Positions 63,310 to 64,000 of a DNA stretch of 64,000 nt are shown here, one piece after another; the stretch's first letter is position 1; each line of letters starts with the position of its first letter. The notes below the pieces were generated by a model that saw only the letters and a list, made by a program, of their open reading frames with translations, was not told where the DNA came from and ran no database searches. Source of the stretch: Parasitella parasitica NRRL 2501. Taxonomy: Eukaryota; Fungi; Mucoromycota. The DNA is taken from positions 238,368-302,367 of the forward strand of contig MU619249.1 in assembly GCA_025201805.1 (NCBI GenBank), read 5' to 3'. The position numbers and the translations under genes are program-made.

Positions 63310-64000
63310 CAGTCGGGACTCGTTATTCCGGAAGAGTTGGTGTACAAAAATGTGTTTGAAATAGGAATTTTTGAGCTGACATAAAGCATTATTATAAACA
63401 TCAATGATAATAGGGCTTCTCTGCCACTAGCAATAAGTAACTTGTGAATAGTTCATAAATTACAAGGGCTTATAGCAGCAAAAGTATTCATTGATTTTCC
63501 TCTTCTGCTTCCAACTCGATGAGCCACTCCTGTTTTATCATATTACTATGAAAATAGGTATACTTTTGGTATCAGAATATTTACTTTTTAGAGCTGTGTC
63601 ACGTACTAGAATTGATATTGACCTGATATCATCTCCAGATAGATATCTTTACAGCTTAAAAGCAAGAACTTTAGCTTCGTGTGCCATTTTTTGATTGATT
63701 TTCATAATCAAATGTGCCCTGAAAACACAAGAAATAGTATCCATTGGTAAAAAACTATATTATATATGATTTTGGTGCAATTTGAGCATGATTTTTTTTT
63801 CGATGCAAAATGACGGATTTTTTCGATTTTTTCCTTGTATCCACACATCCGAAATCGTCAATTATGCATTATCTTCGATTTTGACCTCAAAAATGCAACT
63901 TTTTGCTATACTATGTATTAGAGGAAAATGATCGTAAAAGGTCATTCCTTGATCTGAAAGACTGAAAATGCGCTCTGATTAAGCAAAATATTGACTTTTC
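63310..64000 (+). mobile_element. Copy 2 of the dispersed repeat, preceded by a pogo/Tc1-like terminus; runs off the window
   Basis: TA|CAGTCGGGACTCGTTATTCCGG resembles pogo/Tigger TIR starts. 63395-64000 matches 6525-7140. Confidence 0.65.

Noticed and set aside
1-64000. CRISPR arrays, tRNA/rRNA genes, U12-type introns
   Set aside because: No regularly spaced repeat-spacer array, cloverleaf or rRNA-like sequence was seen, and no RTATCCTT donor was found at inferred exon junctions.

Overview
Eukaryotic, AT-rich, intron-dense fungal DNA, almost certainly Mucorales (Rhizopus-like). The evidence is short GT-AG introns, three CotH genes, a GPI-type chitin deacetylase and Mucorales-type transposon remnants. 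It is a draft assembly with N gaps at homopolymer runs. The window holds about 27 protein-coding genes: VPS9 (3' end), OSBP/Kes1-like, hexokinase-like, PhnP-like MBL hydrolase, GLTSCR1-domain protein, LCL3, DNAJC9, GID4, MHF1/CENP-S, chitin deacetylase, Pho80/Clg1-type cyclin, TAD1, SSD1/DIS3L2-like, ArfGAP, three CotH, SPF27, an MFS transporter, a homeobox protein, a GDSL esterase, AVT3/4, LSM5, ABCB/MDR and a metallophosphoesterase. There is also one MFS pseudogene. Most notable observations: (1) a 59-aa ORF missed by the ORF track (31507-31686, minus) encoding a signal peptide plus a six-cysteine inhibitor-cystine-knot (knottin/toxin-like) peptide, with its own TATA box; (2) a decayed ORF resembling the N-terminus of Mucorales Fanzor (eukaryotic TnpB) proteins, cut by a ~1 kb foldback element; (3) two tandem, apparently non-anchored CotH genes with a gene-conversion-like mosaic; (4) two probable pseudo-enzymes, a hexokinase lacking the catalytic Asp and an SSD1-like RNase II lacking its catalytic Asps; (5) a dispersed non-coding repeat present twice, and hairpin elements upstream of LSM5. 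All family calls come from motif recognition by eye, with no database searches. Exon boundaries are inferred manually.
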